Positions 1 to 10,252 of a stretch of 64,000 bases of DNA are shown piece by piece; position 1 is the stretch's first letter; each line of letters begins with the position of its first letter. The notes under the pieces are model-generated. The model was given only the letters and a program-made list of their open reading frames with translations. It ran no database searches and was not told the DNA's origin. Both the position numbers and the translations under genes were made by a program. Origin of the DNA: a virus (lineage: Duplodnaviria > Caudoviricetes); the IMG/VR virus record IMGVR_UViG_3300025674_000014, one strand, 5' to 3'.

Positions 1-134
1 TGAAATCAGATGTTTCATAATTCCCAGGAACAAATCTAACGGGTGTTTGAGGTAAAGCGTAAGAAGATAAAGACTCAACGTCAAAGACGTTATAACTTTT
101 AAAATTCCAATATCCTGTGTTATAATTTGGCATG

Positions 135-1961
135 TTAACCTTGTCTTATTACTTCAATTCTTTCCGATACTAAAGATAAATTTTTAAAATAAGGGAATTG
201 AAAATATTTTAATCTTACATCTTGATCTGTAGTAGTAAAATCAGATGTTAGATAAACTGGATTATATAAAGCTAATTGTAATTGATTATTAATAATAGTG
301 CTTCCTTTATAATTTCTTCTTGTTGAAAATTCAACAACCCCATCGACATCTAAAATTAATTGAGATAAATCTTTTAACGAAATAAGTTGACCTAAATCTA
401 AATTATTGTTGTTAAAATAATCTAAGAATATAGAAGCTATTTCTTTTTGAACTGAACTCAAATCTCTTCTAGAATTTCTATCCACCTCAACATATAAGTA
501 AGATTCATCTCCTGCAGCATCAATAAAGTTATAATCAGTTCCATTACTAGCTCCAAAATTTAATTCCATATAAACTGGATCTGAAACTACTAATTCAGTT
601 GTAGCAGATTTAACATCGTTTAATAATATATTAATTGCATTCTTTTGAGCTATTGATAAGAAATTTGTTCTAATATCTAAACTTGTTTCTAAAATCTTAT
701 TAGGTACTGCAAAAATGTATATATTATTAAAATCACAAGCATCAGAAAAATTAACCTGATTAAACAAAACTCTTGAATCATCATTAGGTCTATCTAATCC
801 TATATCAAAAAAGTATTTCTGATAAATTGCAGTGTAGTCAAAATTGTTAACAACTGATGCTGATTTAACCCAGTTACCAAAATTCTTTAATATATAATTT
901 CTATAATCATCTGTAGTAACTAACCTATATTGTGAGTTAAATAAGTTAGGGGCATTAATTTTTATTTCTTCAACACTCTCTTTAGTTTTAAACAATGTAG
1001 ATGCATTTGCATTAGTAAACGATACATTAGCAGCTTCAGCACTAGTTATAATGTTAGCACCGCTTGATGTGGTGTCGTTTAAGATTGCATTAAATTGTGT
1101 TGTGTTATAAAAGTATAACTGCTGATTATCTATTTGGTTTTTGCTGATCTGACCATTTTGACCATCAGACTTAAGATAATATATAGCAACTAGATCACCT
1201 TCGTTAAGTTTTTTACCATTAACATTATTACCAAACTTAATTTCATATTGTTCATTTTCATTAAAACGAACTGAATATTTTTTAGCTGAACCTGTTTCAA
1301 GGTATAATGATGATGATCTAGACCATTGCTCCCATTTAGGGTTTAAGACTCCACCTGGTAATACGTAAACATATATGTTATTATTATCTATATAAAAATT
1401 ATCTGTTGTATCGGTTGCAGCAAGAAATGCTACTTCATTTTCTTCACCTATTGCAGAAAATATAGGAAACTCAACAAACTGACCATTATATAAAAGATTG
1501 TTGTTTTGTAAGTCAATTAATGCTTCAACTCCATTTAATGTTTTCTGAAATGTAACATCTTGTACAAAACTATATGAAGTACCTGAAAAGGTAAAATAAC
1601 TAAATCTGGGTATTGTATAAGAGTTAATTGGTAAGTTAGCATTAGCTACTGCTTCGAAGTTAATATTTGCAGATTGCGGGCCTGTAGGGTTATAATCAAT
1701 GCTCTTTACTATTTGATTGATATTCTCGTAAAGCTCAGCCTGACTAAAATTACTCTCAGAAGAATTTTTATTCAAATAGTAAATTAAAACGTGATAAGAA
1801 TAAGCAACAATATCAATAATAGCTGATAGGTTACTACCTTCATAGTTTTGATCGGTAAAGACTTTCTGATCATTCATCTTTTCGATGATAAGATCTTTAA
1901 GACTAATAGCATCAAATGCTACATAACCGTCTTGTTTAAATTTATAATCGTTGTCAGGCAT
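135..1961 (-). CDS. Baseplate wedge subunit, T4 gp6-like
   Basis: N-terminal FDAISLKDLIIEKM...NYEGSNLSAIIDIVAY...SQAELYENINQIVKSIDYNP pattern, YEIKFGNNVNGKKL, and ESVEEIKINAP...QYRLVTTDDY; adjacent to gp25. Confidence 0.9.
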   Translation of the reverse strand: MPDNDYKFKQDGYVAFDAISLKDLIIEKMNDQKVFTDQNYEGSNLSAIIDIVAYSYHVLIYYLNKNSSESNFSQAELYENINQIVKSIDYNPTGPQSANINFEAVANANLPINSYTIPRFSYFTFSGTSYSFVQDVTFQKTLNGVEALIDLQNNNLLYNGQFVEFPIFSAIGEENEVAFLAATDTTDNFYIDNNNIYVYVLPGGVLNPKWEQWSRSSSLYLETGSAKKYSVRFNENEQYEIKFGNNVNGKKLNEGDLVAIYYLKSDGQNGQISKNQIDNQQLYFYNTTQFNAILNDTTSSGANIITSAEAANVSFTNANASTLFKTKESVEEIKINAPNLFNSQYRLVTTDDYRNYILKNFGNWVKSASVVNNFDYTAIYQKYFFDIGLDRPNDDSRVLFNQVNFSDACDFNNIYIFAVPNKILETSLDIRTNFLSIAQKNAINILLNDVKSATTELVVSDPVYMELNFGASNGTDYNFIDAAGDESYLYVEVDRNSRRDLSSVQKEIASIFLDYFNNNNLDLGQLISLKDLSQLILDVDGVVEFSTRRNYKGSTIINNQLQLALYNPVYLTSDFTTTDQDVRLKYFQFPYFKNLSLVSERIEVIRQG

Positions 1962-1963
1962 AG

Positions 1964-2452
1964 TTATTGATAAAATGTAACTCCTGTAGAGTTAAGTAAA
2001 GCTTTAAATTTTATAGTTGTATTATTATTTATGAATGGCACACCAAGTGACAGGTTGATTGTATATTGATTTTGTTCTGGTATAGCAGTAACCAACACTT
2101 CCTTTACAGTAATTCTAGGTTCTTGAAGATATAATTGATTTTTAATAGTATTACCTATATTAAGAGCTGTATCCTCTGAACAAGGTAAAAACAAAAATTG
2201 GTTTAAATTAAGACCAAATTGAGGGTTTAATATTTTATCTCCCGGAAAGGAAGTAAAGATATTAACAATACTGTTTTCAATAGCTCCTAAATCATAACTA
2301 CCTACAAGATCTACATCTTTAAGGTTAGAATATAACTCTGCTTGTTGGGTTTGATCCCATTCAAAATCTACTTTAACATCAGCATATGTAAACTGAGGTT
2401 TATCAGTAATATTTTTAGGTTTAGCTAAGTTATCAAGTACTATGTTAGCCAT
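1964..2452 (-). CDS. Baseplate wedge subunit, gp25-like
   Basis: DLGAIENSIVNIFTSFPGDKILNPQFG...EPRITV motif of the GPW/gp25 family. Confidence 0.9.
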   Translation of the reverse strand: MANIVLDNLAKPKNITDKPQFTYADVKVDFEWDQTQQAELYSNLKDVDLVGSYDLGAIENSIVNIFTSFPGDKILNPQFGLNLNQFLFLPCSEDTALNIGNTIKNQLYLQEPRITVKEVLVTAIPEQNQYTINLSLGVPFINNNTTIKFKALLNSTGVTFYQ

Positions 2453-2457
2453 ATTAA

Positions 2458-2465
2458 TATTTATA
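2458..2465 (-). promoter_or_regulatory. T4-type late promoter TATAAATA
   Basis: Exact TATAAATA on the minus strand, 5 nt before the gp25 ATG. Confidence 0.8.
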
Positions 2466-2490
2466 ACTACCTTTTAATTAGCTTCTGCAG

Positions 2491-2498
2491 CATAAATA
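2491..2498 (+). promoter_or_regulatory. Late promoter variant CATAAATA
   Basis: 5 nt before the GTG at 2504; same spacing as other late motifs. Confidence 0.65.
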
Positions 2499-2503
2499 AT
2501 ATT

Positions 2504-3130
2504 GTGGAAAAGAAATTCAATAAGATTTACGAATCTTACGTATCTAGATTTACCAGAGGTGGTTTTCTTACTGGAGATTTAGTTAAAGTAAGAGATAACT
2601 ACAAATCTACTGAAGGTTATAAACAATTAAGCCCAGAGTATCAGGCCAAGTTAGATGATCTTTTAGCTAGTGATCTTAACTTGCGTGTTTCTGGTATTGA
2701 GAACAAATACCCTTCTAACCAACCTGGTAACACAGATAACTCAAGCGGAGAGTTTTCTATCACTGTATCACAAGAAACAGCTCCTGGTAGGTATGATGGT
2801 TTTTATCAATTTCCTGATGACATCTTCGAACCAGTAGATGTATATCCTAACAGAATGCCAGTACCAGACAGTATGGTACGTCCTAACGGCACTAAAATTG
2901 ACCCAGATACATTAGAGTATGAAGATGAAGAATCTTATGTTGGGTCTAATCCTCTTAAGTCTCAGGTTGAAGCAGGTTATTTACCTGATGCTGAAAAACA
3001 ACCTGCTATGGGTGATGATAGAGAATTACATAATGTCAATGCTAAGACAGATCAGTTTGGTGCACCTTCTCATGATGCTCAAGCAATCGGAGGCGGTAAC
3101 ATGCCTGACACTAGCATTTACTTAAAGTAA
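2504..3130 (+). CDS. Hypothetical late protein, possibly virion-internal
   Basis: 208 aa ORF, late motif upstream, N-terminus MEKKFNKIYESY resembles a capsid-targeting leader. Confidence 0.65.
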   Translation: MEKKFNKIYESYVSRFTRGGFLTGDLVKVRDNYKSTEGYKQLSPEYQAKLDDLLASDLNLRVSGIENKYPSNQPGNTDNSSGEFSITVSQETAPGRYDGFYQFPDDIFEPVDVYPNRMPVPDSMVRPNGTKIDPDTLEYEDEESYVGSNPLKSQVEAGYLPDAEKQPAMGDDRELHNVNAKTDQFGAPSHDAQAIGGGNMPDTSIYLK

Positions 3131-4028
3131 TAAAGCATGCATATGCATTGATTTCTTGATCCATACAAAACGCTGATTTATAGATAAAGTCGTGGCAAGT
3201 AGTAAGCTGCGACTTTTTCTTATCTTCTTGAATGCATGGCAAGTCATCGATGTAATTAAACATCTCTTTAATCAATACTGGGTAATCATTATTAAACACA
3301 TGCTCATTCTTTATCGCAAGCTTTCTGCACTTAAGAACATGTCCATGCTCAATAAGCTTATACAAATCAGCGACAAGTTTGGATACGTTAGAGCTATCAT
3401 CAACTTCAATCTTACCATCGTTTGTAAGCTTTTGAATCGTATTGATGGTCTTACGAAGATCTGGAAAGTTATCCCTAACAATTTGTTTCAAGTCATCTTC
3501 ACTACATACGATATTTTCCTCATTCAATATATGAGCCATGCGTCTGGTTACATCCTCCACGTCATGGGTTATGTTAAATACCTGGCACCTGCTCTGTAAT
3601 GCTGGAATGATTCGATGCTTATAATTTGCAGTAAGAACAAATCGAGTAATTGCACTATACTCTTCCATTACATTACGCAATGCTCTCTGACCATCTTGAG
3701 TCAAACCATCACACTCATCTAAGATAATAACTTTGATAGGAAAGAGACTCTTTGTCTTAGCATAGTTCGTAACCTTACTACGGATAGTATCAATACCATT
3801 CTCATCTGATGCATTGATATATAGGTGATCACATTCAATTAGTTCATTAACAATAATCTTTGCAAGAGTAGTCTTACCAATACCTGGACTACCTACAAGA
3901 AGTACATTTGGAATCTCTCCACTCTCTTTAGCTTTATCAATCAATTGCCTAATTGAATTGCCTTCTTTAAGACAATAATCAGCAATCTGCTTCGGGCGAT
4001 ATTTTTCTACTAATAAGTTATCGAACAT
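3111..4028 (-). CDS. Sliding-clamp loader AAA+ subunit (gp44/RFC-small-like), copy A
   Basis: LVEKYRP RFC box II, Walker A GSPGIGKTT, INASDENG, Walker B IILDECD, SRC motif ALQSRC. Confidence 0.93.
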   Translation of the reverse strand: MFDNLLVEKYRPKQIADYCLKEGNSIRQLIDKAKESGEIPNVLLVGSPGIGKTTLAKIIVNELIECDHLYINASDENGIDTIRSKVTNYAKTKSLFPIKVIILDECDGLTQDGQRALRNVMEEYSAITRFVLTANYKHRIIPALQSRCQVFNITHDVEDVTRRMAHILNEENIVCSEDDLKQIVRDNFPDLRKTINTIQKLTNDGKIEVDDSSNVSKLVADLYKLIEHGHVLKCRKLAIKNEHVFNNDYPVLIKEMFNYIDDLPCIQEDKKKSQLTTCHDFIYKSAFCMDQEINAYACFITLSKC

Positions 4029-4034
4029 ACAACG

Positions 4035-4062
4035 ATGATATATACTATCTATCGCTTTTCAA
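4035..4062 (-). promoter_or_regulatory. Sigma70-type promoter TTGAAA-N16-TATCAT
   Basis: -35 at 4062-4057 and -10 at 4040-4035, 6 nt before the ATG at 4028. Confidence 0.6.
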
Positions 4063-4981
4063 ATAATTTTACCAACTCAAGACAGCAACAAAATGCATTT
4101 ATCTCTTTATCCAATACTTGTGTATTTTGATACAAATAATTAGAGATAGTTATTAGTAGATCTCTTTTGAATTTTTCTGGAAGGTCTTTCTCGTGCGTGT
4201 AATTAAAAAGAAGCTTAAGAAGAGAGTGATACTCACCGTTAAACTTCTCGTCATTATCCGTAAGAAATTGTCTAATGTTCTCAGAAACGCCAGATTCAAT
4301 TCGATCATAGAGGTCGTCAATAAACACCTGGTCTGTTTCCTCTTTGTCAATAGTGAGTCTTCCATTGACTGTATACTTTTGAATGTTGTTAACACATTTT
4401 CTAATATCAGGGTAATCCTTTTTTATCAACTTAATGAAGTAGTCCCTGTTCTCTTCAGTAAGTGTAATGTGTTCATAATTAAGAATAGCACTACATCGTT
4501 TAACGACTTCTAAAATAGGAGGAGTTAAGTCAAAGTTCTGACATCTGCTCTGCAATGCTGGAATGATCTTATGAATGTAATTACATGTTAGAATCCATCT
4601 AGTTGTTCTGCTATACTCTTCAATAGCATTACGTAGAGCTTTTTGAGACTCTTGCAAAAGACCATCACACTCATCTAAAATAATAACGTTAATCTTACCT
4701 TTAGATGGTCTTTCTTTTGCATATGATATAGCTTTCTTACGAATGGATTCTATATCGTTTTCATCTGATGCGTTTATATAAATGTAATCACATTTTATAA
4801 GATCTTTTACGATAATCTTTGCTAAAGAGGTTTTACCTATACCTGGGGGACCAGCAAAGAGAAGGTTTGGAATTTCTTCTTTTTCCTTAAATTGGTTAAA
4901 CACTCGATAATTGTCATCGGTTAAGATGATATCATCGAGTGTTTGTGGTCTATACTTTTCAACAAATAGACTATCGAACAT
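4049..4981 (-). CDS. Sliding-clamp loader AAA+ subunit (gp44/RFC-small-like), copy B
   Basis: Start reassigned to ATG 4981 (MFDSLFVEKYRP, parallel to copy A); GPPGIGKTS, IILDECD, ALQSRC. Confidence 0.93.
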   Translation of the reverse strand: MFDSLFVEKYRPQTLDDIILTDDNYRVFNQFKEKEEIPNLLFAGPPGIGKTSLAKIIVKDLIKCDYIYINASDENDIESIRKKAISYAKERPSKGKINVIILDECDGLLQESQKALRNAIEEYSRTTRWILTCNYIHKIIPALQSRCQNFDLTPPILEVVKRCSAILNYEHITLTEENRDYFIKLIKKDYPDIRKCVNNIQKYTVNGRLTIDKEETDQVFIDDLYDRIESGVSENIRQFLTDNDEKFNGEYHSLLKLLFNYTHEKDLPEKFKRDLLITISNYLYQNTQVLDKEINAFCCCLELVKLFEKR

Positions 4982-4985
4982 ATCA

Positions 4986-5489
4986 TTATTTACTATCAGA
5001 CGAGCCAAATCCATCAGCCCCTCTGTTAGTATCAGACACTTCGTCAGCCCATTCAATAATAGGTTGCAATAATCTATAGACAACTATTTGTGCACAACCT
5101 TTACCTTTTTCGATTACAGCGTCAGTATCGGAAAAGTTATACAACTTAACACCTAGATCACCCCTGTATTGATTATCAATAACACCAAGATGAGGTTGTA
5201 AGCCATGTTTGAAACCTAGACCAGATCGAGGTTCAATTCGAAACCAATAACCAGGAGTAATATCTGCAAGAGTAAGACCGACAGGCACAACTGCACTTCC
5301 ACGAGCTGGAATAGTCGTATCTTCTACAGCAAACAAATCATAACCAGAATCACCAGTCATACATTCTTCATTGTTTACTGTAGGTAGTTTTGCATCATCA
5401 TGCGTCTTCTTAAACTTAACAGTCAATGCTTGTTTATCTACATTAACCCAGTTTGTATTTGATTCATATACATCACACATATCGCTCAT
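4986..5489 (-). CDS. dut: Trimeric dUTPase
   Basis: GDSGYDL, PRSGLG, GVIDNQYRG and RGADGFGSS motifs. Confidence 0.95.
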   Translation of the reverse strand: MSDMCDVYESNTNWVNVDKQALTVKFKKTHDDAKLPTVNNEECMTGDSGYDLFAVEDTTIPARGSAVVPVGLTLADITPGYWFRIEPRSGLGFKHGLQPHLGVIDNQYRGDLGVKLYNFSDTDAVIEKGKGCAQIVVYRLLQPIIEWADEVSDTNRGADGFGSSDSK

Positions 5490-5524
5490 ACAATCATAAT
5501 ATATGTTGTACTATAAAAGTAAAC

Positions 5525-5532
5525 TATAAATA
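5525..5532 (+). promoter_or_regulatory. T4-type late promoter TATAAATA
   Basis: Exact motif 7 nt before ATG 5540. Confidence 0.8.
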
Positions 5533-5539
5533 TTTGGCA

Positions 5540-6016
5540 ATGGACGATATACCAAGTCATGATATAGGTGATTTAGTTGATCAGTTAAAGAATGCTGAAA
5601 AGTATCTTAAGAAACCAGAAAAGGCAGAAGAAGAGTTCAACTTAGATCCTGAAGAGCTTGAAAAGTTTATACTTAACAACGCTGGTAAGCTTGTAAAGAA
5701 ATCTATCGATATGGTAGATGAAGTAAAACAATATGTCGAAACTGCTCCAGAGAGTAGAGATGTATCTAGTTTATCTGAACTGATAAATGCTTCTTCTTCA
5801 GCTATAGAAACTCTTTCAAAAATATTAGTACAAAATAAGAAAGACAAAACTCAGAAAGAAGTTAAACAGATGGATATCGACGGCAAGAAGCAATTAATGC
5901 AAGGTGAGTTTAATGCAAAGGTTATGCTATCAAGAGATGATGTTATGAAAGAGTTATTTGCTAAAGTTGAAAGAGAAGAAAAAGATATTACACCGACACA
6001 GTCCCAAGAGTTGTAA
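5540..6016 (+). CDS. Probable terminase small subunit (gp16-like)
   Basis: Start reassigned to 5540; helical segment LVKKSIDMVDEVKQYVETAPESRDVSSLSELINASSSAIETLSKI matches the gp16 two-helix pattern; late promoter. Confidence 0.6.
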   Translation: MDDIPSHDIGDLVDQLKNAEKYLKKPEKAEEEFNLDPEELEKFILNNAGKLVKKSIDMVDEVKQYVETAPESRDVSSLSELINASSSAIETLSKILVQNKKDKTQKEVKQMDIDGKKQLMQGEFNAKVMLSRDDVMKELFAKVEREEKDITPTQSQEL

Positions 6017-6881
6017 GACTGTTGGCTACATTTTTATAAAAACCGACTTCTTTCTTTAAGTAGTCGGTTTTCTTTTCCAACCCTTCTAAAGTAAACTCTA
6101 TTGCTCCTTTTTCCTTTAATTGTAAGTTATCTGTATCGTCTTGAGGGTCATACTGCTCGTAAAAAGTAATTATATCATACAAGCTTCCATAAAACTCAGT
6201 TAAGTCAGCTTCAAGCTCTTCTTTGGCTACATTATATATTCTTTCATAATGATAGTAATCGGCTACTAAGTTACTACCATGGGCTTCTTTACTATCTGAA
6301 AATGGTTCAGATAGTTGATACATATTATGTCTAAACAAACTAGTACAAAATCTTGACATATAACCTGTTAACAATTTAGTATTAGGTTTTAATTTATTCT
6401 CAATAGATGTAGCAAAGTTAACAGGTACTAACTGTTCAACTAAATCATCTGATACTAAATCAAAGTCAACATCATATATAGCTAATAAAGAGTCATCAGG
6501 TAAATATTCTACATTTCTTAATAAGCCAATACTATCAGAAATTTCTTTAAACACCTGAACTTTATCTTTTAGTACTTTGTTGAATCTTCTTTTTACAGGA
6601 GCTATTGAAGTTAAATACCTTTCATACCAAAATACTTTGTATTGTATTTCAGAATATTTTGATAAACCTCCTTTATCTAAATTAACAAATATTTCAGATT
6701 GGCTAGTAATAGGGTCTATACCTACTAATGACTTTCTCCATTCAATAAAATTATCTAATTGGTTAATTCCTTGAGCTAATAGTGCTCCAAAGTTAGTAGC
6801 TTTGTTGTATAAATCTTTTTCATAATAGACGTTTAAGTCATATAACTTTGGATCTATAGTTGTATAATATTTGTAGCTCAT
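5988..6881 (-). CDS. Hypothetical protein in the tail/baseplate block
   Basis: 297 aa ORF overlapping the end of the upstream structural gene; no motif recognised. Confidence 0.6.
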   Translation of the reverse strand: MSYKYYTTIDPKLYDLNVYYEKDLYNKATNFGALLAQGINQLDNFIEWRKSLVGIDPITSQSEIFVNLDKGGLSKYSEIQYKVFWYERYLTSIAPVKRRFNKVLKDKVQVFKEISDSIGLLRNVEYLPDDSLLAIYDVDFDLVSDDLVEQLVPVNFATSIENKLKPNTKLLTGYMSRFCTSLFRHNMYQLSEPFSDSKEAHGSNLVADYYHYERIYNVAKEELEADLTEFYGSLYDIITFYEQYDPQDDTDNLQLKEKGAIEFTLEGLEKKTDYLKKEVGFYKNVANSLTTLGTVSV

Positions 6882-8530
6882 TTAACCTCCTTTACAAATG
6901 GGTTATCAAATAAGTAAGTTTTAACCCCAATCATATTATTAGTGTAAGTGCCTTTTGAAAAAATATGGTCTACCTGTACGGCAAAATAAGTACCAAAAAC
7001 TTTATCATCATACTTACTTTCATTAACACCAGCTTTTCTTTCAAAACTAAAAAACTTACCCGAACTTCTAAATGTTAATCCTTTCAGTTTAAGTTCGATG
7101 GCGTTATTTAAAAATATCATATTCTTTAATATTTCATTTCTACCTAATCCTAAACGCTGATCTGGTTCTGTATCATTAATAGAAAATATATTTTTATAAT
7201 TTAGATTGTTTTTTCTAAATTGATTTAAGAAAGTATTGGTGAATATCTCTTTACCTGAAACAAATAAGGGATACTCATTATCTCCTTTAACAAAAAAGTT
7301 ATAATACATATCCATTGTTGAGCTTATATTGTTATTAGATAAATCTATTTGAAATTGTTTATCATTAGTTTGGTATGAATGAACTGCTGTAGTAATTAAT
7401 TTTGTTTGAGTGTCTATACCACTCATGTTATAAAAATCATAATTATTAACCATCGAATATTCCCCAAATGTTAAATTATTAAATGGCATATTTGGGGCTC
7501 TTTTTTTAACGTTTGTATCACTAGTTATACTTTCTGATCCTAAAAATATTGTTTCATTATGTAATGCTCCTCCAGAAGAGCCTAATTCGTTTTGAAATAT
7601 TGCATTTTGAAAATAATCTTTATAACTAATCAAAGTATATTTTTGACTATATCTGTCTTTTCTAAGTAAACAAGGATCATGCGGAGGAGCAGAAGAAGTG
7701 TGTCTTTTAGATATATAACTAATATCATCTAATACATTATATTCTCCAGGTGAAGAATAAAAAAGAGTAGATGTACCTAAATCAAATAAATCATAATCTA
7801 TTACGCTTCCATTTTGTTCAGTTCTTTCTCCTGAACCTCCTACATCTAGTCCCTGTATTATAATATTTTTTAATATATCACCTGTATATGCTCCTCTACT
7901 ATCATCATCAGAATGCGCAATATCAGTACCCTCATTGGATGAAACTATTTTTGCTGAACTAAAAAATAAATTTTTTTCTCTTAAAATTTCTAAATCTGTG
8001 TCAACTAAAGTTAATTTTTTAAATTTTATATTATCATCATTTTGTGAAACAGTATCTTCATTTTCAATGATAGCAAACGAATATACTAAAGTAGATAAAG
8101 GTTTAATTTTGTCTATTTCTTCATTGTTAACTAAGTCTTTAAGTTCAGGTTGTATATAAACTAATAAGAAATCTCTACAATCATTACGAAAGAAAAATTC
8201 ATCTATATATGTACCGCTTCCATTTTTAGGTTGTCTTGCAAAATAATTTTCTTGCTGATCGTTTTGAAGATTATAGTTACTTCTTTCAATAGCATCATCA
8301 TCATTTCTTATAATACATGTACCGGTAGCTGCTAATTCATGAATATTGTCTCTAATGTTTAAAAGTTCTATAGCTTCATTAGTCAACCCTAACACTTGAC
8401 CGTTACCATTATACAAATAAACATAGTACTTATATTGAACATTATCAAACCTAAAATTTAAACTAGCTTGATTTAATGTTTCATCTATAAGTGGTAACCC
8501 AGTCGTGGGTGTATTCTGAAAATTAGCCAT
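6878..8530 (-). CDS. Probable baseplate hub protein (gp27/late-control-D-like)
   Basis: 550 aa, directly after gp53-like; C-terminal FGTYFAVQVDHIFSKGTYTNNMIGVK resembles hub-protein ends. Confidence 0.5.
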   Translation of the reverse strand: MANFQNTPTTGLPLIDETLNQASLNFRFDNVQYKYYVYLYNGNGQVLGLTNEAIELLNIRDNIHELAATGTCIIRNDDDAIERSNYNLQNDQQENYFARQPKNGSGTYIDEFFFRNDCRDFLLVYIQPELKDLVNNEEIDKIKPLSTLVYSFAIIENEDTVSQNDDNIKFKKLTLVDTDLEILREKNLFFSSAKIVSSNEGTDIAHSDDDSRGAYTGDILKNIIIQGLDVGGSGERTEQNGSVIDYDLFDLGTSTLFYSSPGEYNVLDDISYISKRHTSSAPPHDPCLLRKDRYSQKYTLISYKDYFQNAIFQNELGSSGGALHNETIFLGSESITSDTNVKKRAPNMPFNNLTFGEYSMVNNYDFYNMSGIDTQTKLITTAVHSYQTNDKQFQIDLSNNNISSTMDMYYNFFVKGDNEYPLFVSGKEIFTNTFLNQFRKNNLNYKNIFSINDTEPDQRLGLGRNEILKNMIFLNNAIELKLKGLTFRSSGKFFSFERKAGVNESKYDDKVFGTYFAVQVDHIFSKGTYTNNMIGVKTYLFDNPFVKEVK

Positions 8531-8882
8531 TTTGATTTATTTGCGAAACTATTTGTTTTATATACTGAGGTTTTATATATTTTATAACTGAACCAGATTT
8601 GGGCATAATCACTGGATTAGATATTTTATTAAGTTCAGTAATACACCACCACAAAAATATACTACCGTATATATTGTAACTAATTATAGTCCAAGGTACA
8701 TTTCTATCTAGTGTAAAACTATCAATATAAATATCATCAATATCTGAAGGGAAGGAAATAGAAGTTTTTAAATTATAAAAATATTCATTATTTTCAGTTT
8801 CATATAACTTAAAAATATTTTCATATCTATTATTACCTAATATAGGTAAACCATCTATATTTCTTTGATAATTACCTTCCAT
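8523..8882 (-). CDS. Baseplate wedge subunit, gp53/LysM-like
   Basis: PWTIISYNIYGSIFLWWCITELNKISNP motif. Confidence 0.85.
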   Translation of the reverse strand: MEGNYQRNIDGLPILGNNRYENIFKLYETENNEYFYNLKTSISFPSDIDDIYIDSFTLDRNVPWTIISYNIYGSIFLWWCITELNKISNPVIMPKSGSVIKYIKPQYIKQIVSQINQNG

Positions 8883-10243
8883 TATTCAAACGATTGAGTT
8901 GTTGCTTTTACTACATTATCAGTAACTGTAGCAAATAATAAATTTTTGGTGGTTGCAATCATAGGTTGTAAAGTCATTCTTATTTCATACATATCAGGTA
9001 CTATAGTTTTTAGTTTAGCTGGTATGGAAACATTTTCATTTGTAGATGATATACCACCTAAATCTAAATCCATTAATCTTGTACTACCCCTATAGTTAAC
9101 AACTAAACTCGATACATAACAATAAGGAGCTCTTCTATTACCAGGAATAGTTACATCATATAACACCGGAGGTTCAACTATAATTTTATCTTGTCTTAAA
9201 GGTAAATTTTGATACATTAACAATAATACAAGTTTATAATTGTTTAAAACATCTTCATAAGTTGCAGGTGATGTATTATATAAAGGAAACACCACTTCTA
9301 TTGCTGGTCCTTCTGAAGGATATTGATAGTGTTTAGCTCTTTCAATTTTTGCAGTACCTGCTTGAGAAAGTAACCTACCTGTACCGGCTACCACTTCAGT
9401 AAAACCGGTACCTGAGTTAATTAAATCTATTAAATTACCGGTAATATTTTCAACAGATTCACCAAAACTGTTGTTAATATCTAATACTCTTGAATTAAGG
9501 TAAGGTATTTTATATTGAAACCCTGTTGGGCCTACAAAGTATAATTTTTGATAAGGAAATAAAACAGATTCTAAATCAGGGTTATTATACTTTTTAAATA
9601 TTGCTTGCAAAGTATCAATGTTATTATTAAAAGTAGTTACACCGTTAGCTAATGCTGTACCGGTAGCTGAAAAGAACCCAGATTCATTAGGATTTGGATC
9701 TGCAGAACTAAATTCTCCCCCCGGTACACCTTCAATTCCAGTTGGTGTTACTTTATCTCCTAAAGTTCTTAATCCTTTTTGTACAAAATCAGTAGCAGAA
9801 TTAAAAAAATCAGTTAACGACTTAACTGGTGTACCGTCAAAAATAGATAAAGTGTAAAGAGCTTGAGCAATTAAATTATTAACTAAAAAATATTTTTCTT
9901 TTAAGAAAATATAAGGCGTTTCATCGTTAACATTTCTAAAACCTTCATTTCTATATTCTTCTGCATTTCTACCCATTTTACTAGTTTTAGGAGAAATAGT
10001 CCACATATAGTCATTTAATACATTTACCGTTGTAGTTAAATTATTATTGTTATCTAAATTATCTTTTAAATGATTTCTTATAACACTAAACGGGGTAGGT
10101 AATCCGCTGTTATTGGGGTTAGGTTCTGCTGAAACGGGAGGTTGATACCCTAAACCATATAAGGAATTAGGTATAATTAGAGGTGTATATACCTCACTAT
10201 CTTTAGTTGTATTCGTACCTAAAAATGTATAACTAAGTCCCAT
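8882..10243 (-). CDS. Probable tail-tube initiator/cap (gp48/gp54-like)
   Basis: C-terminal tube fold pattern YQNLP...EPPVLYDVTIPG...CYVSSLVVNY; lies between tape measure and gp53; TTAAATA 6 nt upstream. Confidence 0.55.
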   Translation of the reverse strand: MGLSYTFLGTNTTKDSEVYTPLIIPNSLYGLGYQPPVSAEPNPNNSGLPTPFSVIRNHLKDNLDNNNNLTTTVNVLNDYMWTISPKTSKMGRNAEEYRNEGFRNVNDETPYIFLKEKYFLVNNLIAQALYTLSIFDGTPVKSLTDFFNSATDFVQKGLRTLGDKVTPTGIEGVPGGEFSSADPNPNESGFFSATGTALANGVTTFNNNIDTLQAIFKKYNNPDLESVLFPYQKLYFVGPTGFQYKIPYLNSRVLDINNSFGESVENITGNLIDLINSGTGFTEVVAGTGRLLSQAGTAKIERAKHYQYPSEGPAIEVVFPLYNTSPATYEDVLNNYKLVLLLMYQNLPLRQDKIIVEPPVLYDVTIPGNRRAPYCYVSSLVVNYRGSTRLMDLDLGGISSTNENVSIPAKLKTIVPDMYEIRMTLQPMIATTKNLLFATVTDNVVKATTQSFE

Positions 10244-10252
10244 TATTATTAT

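Noticed and set aside
4982-5083. 34 aa N-terminal extension of clamp loader B in the ORF track
   Set aside because: It overlaps dut, and the paralogue begins at the equivalent MFD; ATG 4981 is preferred
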